DNA from: Azolla caroliniana
Lineage: Eukaryota; Plantae; Polypodiophyta
Assembly: GCA_043228905.1 (NCBI GenBank)
Contig: JBHGNT010000004.1
Coordinates: 21,452,001-21,516,000 of the forward strand
DNA length: 64,000 nt
Reading direction: 5' to 3'
The notes beneath the pieces are model-generated. The model was not told where the DNA came from and did no database searches. It saw nothing but the letters and a program-made list of their open reading frames with translations. Shown here one piece after another: positions 60,001 through 64,000 of this stretch; positions within the stretch are counted from its first letter, which is position 1, and the number at the start of each line of letters is the position of its first letter. The position numbers and the translations under genes are program-made.

Positions 60001-63000
60001 TAAAAGAAATCACTTTTTATGATGGAACTGTAATGCTGGACCCATCTCTTTTAGACATGATCCAACAACTTTAAGCCTATATAAAGCATAAGCATTACTG
60101 CAATAATATACATTTACTTTGTGATTATAAACTCTTCTGAACATGTAGAGGTAGTGCGTTCACATTGTCGCTTACCACAGGTCATCTTGTCGTAATTTTA
60201 TCTCAGATTCCGACGATTCTTCTAGCCACTGGTGAAAGGGGGAAGATAAATCAACTTCTATGCCCAAAGTTTGGTGGTTTTTTAACATTGTGCACATTCG
60301 ATTCAAATAAGAAATCTGGATCAGGTCAATTGACATTGTCAGAAGTAACAAAGGTTTATCAGGCAGGACGTGTAAACAAAGATACCGAAGTTTTTGGTCT
60401 CATTTCTTGCCCAGTTCATCATAGCAAAGGCCCCATTATACACAATGCAGCTTTTAGTGAGACTTCTTACAATGGCATATATCTGCCCTTTCTTGTGGAT
60501 AATCTGGAGCAGTTTTTTAGTACGTACAATGATTTCAAGTTTTCTGGATTCAGGTAAGGAAATGACTTTTTATTATTATCTTGCATTCAAATGTAAGTCA
60601 TTATAGGTTTTTTTGATATCTCTTTGCAAACACACTATGCAAACACCCTACAATCAAGTGCATTATGCAAGCATACTTTTCAGTTAAATTTTTTAGTGGT
60701 GGGAAACTTCAACGTGAGGTAAAAATGCACCAAATTGGAAAGACCAGAATGTCGCCATATCCTCTGATGGAGAGCATAGAAATACTGTTTGATATCCTGT
60801 GAAACATCGCTGTGTCGTGGATATTGCATCATAGAACTTGAATGTAGAATACAATAGCTCAAGTATCATAAGGAATATGGTTATACGATATCCATAGTCC
60901 GCGAAGCCCAAAATCAGACACATGAGAAAAAGATAGAAAATGAGTATAGAGCCATCACTGCACATGTTAAGACAAGGGTACTGGTTGTATAATATCCAAT
61001 GTGGGATAAGATGGTTTATGAATCAAGAGTTAGTCTGAGGTATTGTGCAAGTGATTATGGGATGATTGAGGGGCCGGCCAAGATGATGTGTGAGCATGGA
61101 AAGTTATGTTTTAGCTGGAGAGGATAGGAATAACTTCTTTGGTTATATCTTGTATTGTGTATGGCAATGGAAATTTGAGCATTATCTCACGGATATGGCC
61201 ATCTATAATGTTTGTTAGAGAGTTCAGAGAAATCGGCACCCTCTTGACTTATAAGCTGTATAAAATCAATAGCTGTTCTGATTGATGAAATTTATTGGCG
61301 TGCATATTATCTTGTAAGCAGCAATTAAAATCTCACAAGATTTCTAGTATTAAACATCACCATAAGAACAAACATTCTTTTAGTTTCTTTCTGTATTATT
61401 CTCAGTCCTGTTTCCACCAAATCAAGGGTTTCTGCAACTTGTATTTAACCTAGAAATAGGCTGCAGACCAACATAAACTTCTTTTGTTGGCATCATTGAG
61501 AGGAACTAGCCAGCATTAGACAACTTTTCCAGTTGCCCAAATGCTATTCTTTTTGCTTTTGGGTATGTGAAAATGCTTCTATCAGCTTCAGTAGATAGTT
61601 TTTCTTTTCACGTTGACGAATAATGGTTACGGGGTTCAGAGTCTAGATGCAGATTTACCCATTATCATAAGGGATCATTTATAGGTTTAGCTTGATTATA
61701 GTTTTAGTTTCAGCTATCAAGTGTTTTTGTATGGATGACACATTGTATGGAGGTACGTTATCGCCCAGTAGATGACTACCTCTTCAAAGTTTAGAGCCAA
61801 TGGCGTTATAGTCTTTTCTTCCCTTCTTTTTGAAATGCTGTTGTAATGTTGTGGCCCTCTCTAGCTGCATGCGAAATAAGAGAAGATAGTATGTGCTCAC
61901 TAGCATGCAACTTATACATTAAGCCTAAGATCACTGCCACCGTGAGACAAGTCTTTTATAAAGCAGTACAGGACATAAATAATGAATTTAAATCTAATCA
62001 TAAATGCAACTATTCTAGTCTACTATATATGTCTAGAGAGAGATTGCCTAGAATATTGGCTTGCCTAAGGTATACGATATATGTATTTTCAGTGTTGGCA
62101 TTCCTTACAAGGCAGATGCTCTTAAGTTTTGTGACGAGCTTGATTCGACAGCTCAGGTACATGACTGTTAAGTTTTCAAATTTTTATAGAAAAGATTATC
62201 CTGTGTTTGATAAAAAAGAGAAATGGTTTATAACTTTTGAAAGGACATCGGAGCTGTTAATACAATCATCCGAAGGAAAAGTGATGGCAAGCTAATTGGA
62301 TACAATACAGATTGTGAAGCTGCTATTTCAGCAATCGAAGATGGTCTAGCATGTGCTTTAGGTGCTTACTAACACTTATTGTTTTCTTGTAGTGGTTGAT
62401 GTAGAGAGCTTTACTGGATATTCAAAAAATGTTGATTGTACTAATTTTAAGGTCATGCAGGAACCAAGGTAAATGTACTCCTAGACAAGCTCGTTGTGGT
62501 GCTTGGATCTGGTGGAGCGGGCAAAGCCATTGCCTTTGGAGCAAAACAAAGAGGTGCCCGTGTGGTTGTTACAGACTATGCTTTCGGTAATGTGTTTGCA
62601 TTTCTTTTCTTTTCTCAACAATAACTAATGGAAATGTCAACACAAGGTGAAAATGTATAAACATGCCCAATGGATAGTAGAATATCTAGTTCCTGTGTAG
62701 TAGGTCATGCAGAAGAATATATATATATGTATGCTTACAAAATCCCTCATGGACAAAATGGTACAAAGTTGTCTAGTTGCTGGTCATGTAGCCTTAGACA
62801 ATCATATGAAGATAGTCTGAGTGATTCTGAAAAGAGCATGAACTCTCTAGTCTTGGGCTGATTGAAAACAACAAGAACGAATGCGCACTTGTTAAGATTA
62901 GGCTGATTTGAGAGTACATGAAGAACATGAAGTGGTTTAAGTCTAGGTTGATTAAAGCTACATGAACATGGGTATCAAATCAGATAATTTGGAAGAGCTG

Positions 63001-63943
63001 GAGTGGGGAAGAAAATTCTTATCATGGAACCAATTACTAACATTGCTAAAGCTTGTGAAAGTGTATCTGTATCTGGTGAGGTGGGAGAATGCACTCAAGA
63101 AGGCAACTATGTCTACATGGAGATGAAAGAATCAAAAGTTACTAAGGAAGAAAATATATCAGAATCAAAGGTGTGTCTGCTGGTTTACAGCTAGATGAAT
63201 GAACCACCAGGAGCTTGTACTAGAGGTGGCTAAACAGCTCTAACAGTTTAGGTTGATTAAAGCTACATGACCATGAACTCATTAAGCCTAGGTTGACTGA
63301 AGAGTACATGAAAGAATATGGACTCATTAAGATCAGATTGATTGAAGACTACTACTTGAATATGAATCCATTAAGGCTTTATTGGTTTTAGACCTCATGA
63401 AGAACATGAATTGATTGAAGGCCACCTGAACTCATTAAAGACTGGTTTGATTGAAGGTTACATGAGAAAATTAAGACTAGGTTGATTGAAGACTACATTA
63501 AGAACATGAATGCATTGAGATTAGGTTTTGTTATATCTATGGATTGATTGGACATTGAATTACATCATTGGATGATTGGATGATATCCAAGGACTGATTA
63601 AAAACTGCATTACATTGTTGCTTGATAGCCCTGGATTGACTGAAGAATAGATATGGTTATGTGATATTCAATTTCGGTTTATTGAAGACCATTTTTACAA
63701 ATTCGTTAGTAATTTGTAAGAGATTAATTTTGGTAAGAAAAATAGAAAAACCCAAGTTGGAAACCTCATTTATCCTTGTTCTGATGTGTTACAGAGAGAG
63801 CAAAGGACCTTGCAGATGCATTAGGAGGTCAAGCTATACCATTAGATACATTGGACGATTTTTGCCCTGAGTCGGGGATGATACTTGCAAATGCATGTCC
63901 AGTGGGCATGTACCCAGATGTAGATAAAACTCCCATAAACAAG
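56858..63943 (+). CDS. DHQ/SDH: 3-dehydroquinate dehydratase/shikimate dehydrogenase family protein, quinate-dehydrogenase type; exons 56858-57099, 58131-58236, 59528-59746, 60207-60553, 62093-62156, 62244-62361, 62452-62586, 63795-63943; continues past the window
   Basis: GT-AG introns with compatible phases give an open frame: [109 protein letters not shown]. Confidence 0.95.
58131..58236 (+). CDS. DHQ/SDH: DHQ/SDH exon 2
   Basis: cag|...[35 protein letters not shown]|gtatg. Confidence 0.92.
59528..59746 (+). CDS. DHQ/SDH: DHQ/SDH exon 3
   Basis: tag|VAVEFS...KLIVSYHNN...GADIIKIV...ACSK|gtatg. Confidence 0.92.
60207..60553 (+). CDS. DHQ/SDH: DHQ/SDH exon 4
   Basis: cag|[12 protein letters not shown]...[18 protein letters not shown]...FSGF|gtaag. 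Confidence 0.93.
62093..62156 (+). CDS. DHQ/SDH: DHQ/SDH exon 5
   Basis: cag|(S)[21 protein letters not shown]|gtac. Confidence 0.92.
62244..62361 (+). CDS. DHQ/SDH: DHQ/SDH exon 6
   Basis: aag|[39 protein letters not shown]|gtgc. The donor could alternatively be at 62352. Confidence 0.85.
62452..62586 (+). CDS. DHQ/SDH: DHQ/SDH exon 7
   Basis: [33 protein letters not shown]|gtaat. An alternative in-phase acceptor would start the exon at 62461. Confidence 0.88.
62830..63530. repeat. Degenerate approximately 40-50-bp tandem repeats in intron 7
   Basis: Recurring ggttgattgaagactacatgaagaacatgaa..cattaagattag at about 62835-62970 and 63250-63530. Confidence 0.7.
63795..63943 (+). CDS. DHQ/SDH: DHQ/SDH exon 8
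   Basis: cag|[17 protein letters not shown]...[23 protein letters not shown]|gtata. Confidence 0.92.
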
Positions 63944-64000
63944 GTATACATCAATATTGACATCAGTGTTTCGCAGTCCATTTAAGACTTGTGGTTAGAA

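Noticed and set aside
60965-61473. Possible solo LTR in intron 4 (TGTT...AACA with a TATA-like motif)
   Set aside because: No matching TSD and no second copy in the window.

Overview
Eukaryotic, land-plant nuclear DNA, probably a fern. This is inferred from a fern-style PLS-PPR relic, Tcn1-like chromoviruses, Phygy-like Gypsy elements and RTE-X LINEs; the sequence itself does not prove the taxon. Positions 1-27.8 kb are one stack of nested LTR retrotransposons up to five levels deep (Copia > chromovirus > Tat-like > Phygy-like Gypsy > solo LTRs), several of them delimited by target-site duplications (TSDs). Positions 27.8-36.3 kb are AT-rich spacer with a PPR pseudogene. Positions 36.3-42.8 kb are a full-length degenerate Copia, and 43.9-55.3 kb hold L1 and RTE-X LINE relics plus an internally deleted Copia. 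The only host gene (56858 to beyond the window end, + strand, 8 exons visible) is a dehydroquinate dehydratase/shikimate dehydrogenase family member. It carries the residues of an NAD-dependent quinate dehydrogenase and a degenerate dehydratase site. Highlights: (1) two different self-priming chromovirus families carry an antisense tRNA-like Pol III cassette (A box, 33 nt, B box) at the U3 end of their LTRs; (2) a QDH-type enzyme in an apparently non-seed plant; (3) -1 frameshift signals in two Gypsy lineages; (4) 4-bp ACGY target sites for the Phygy-like family; (5) a duplicated polypurine tract (PPT) in two Copia elements, with a Pol C-terminal extension in the full-length one. All coordinates were read by eye and no searches were run.
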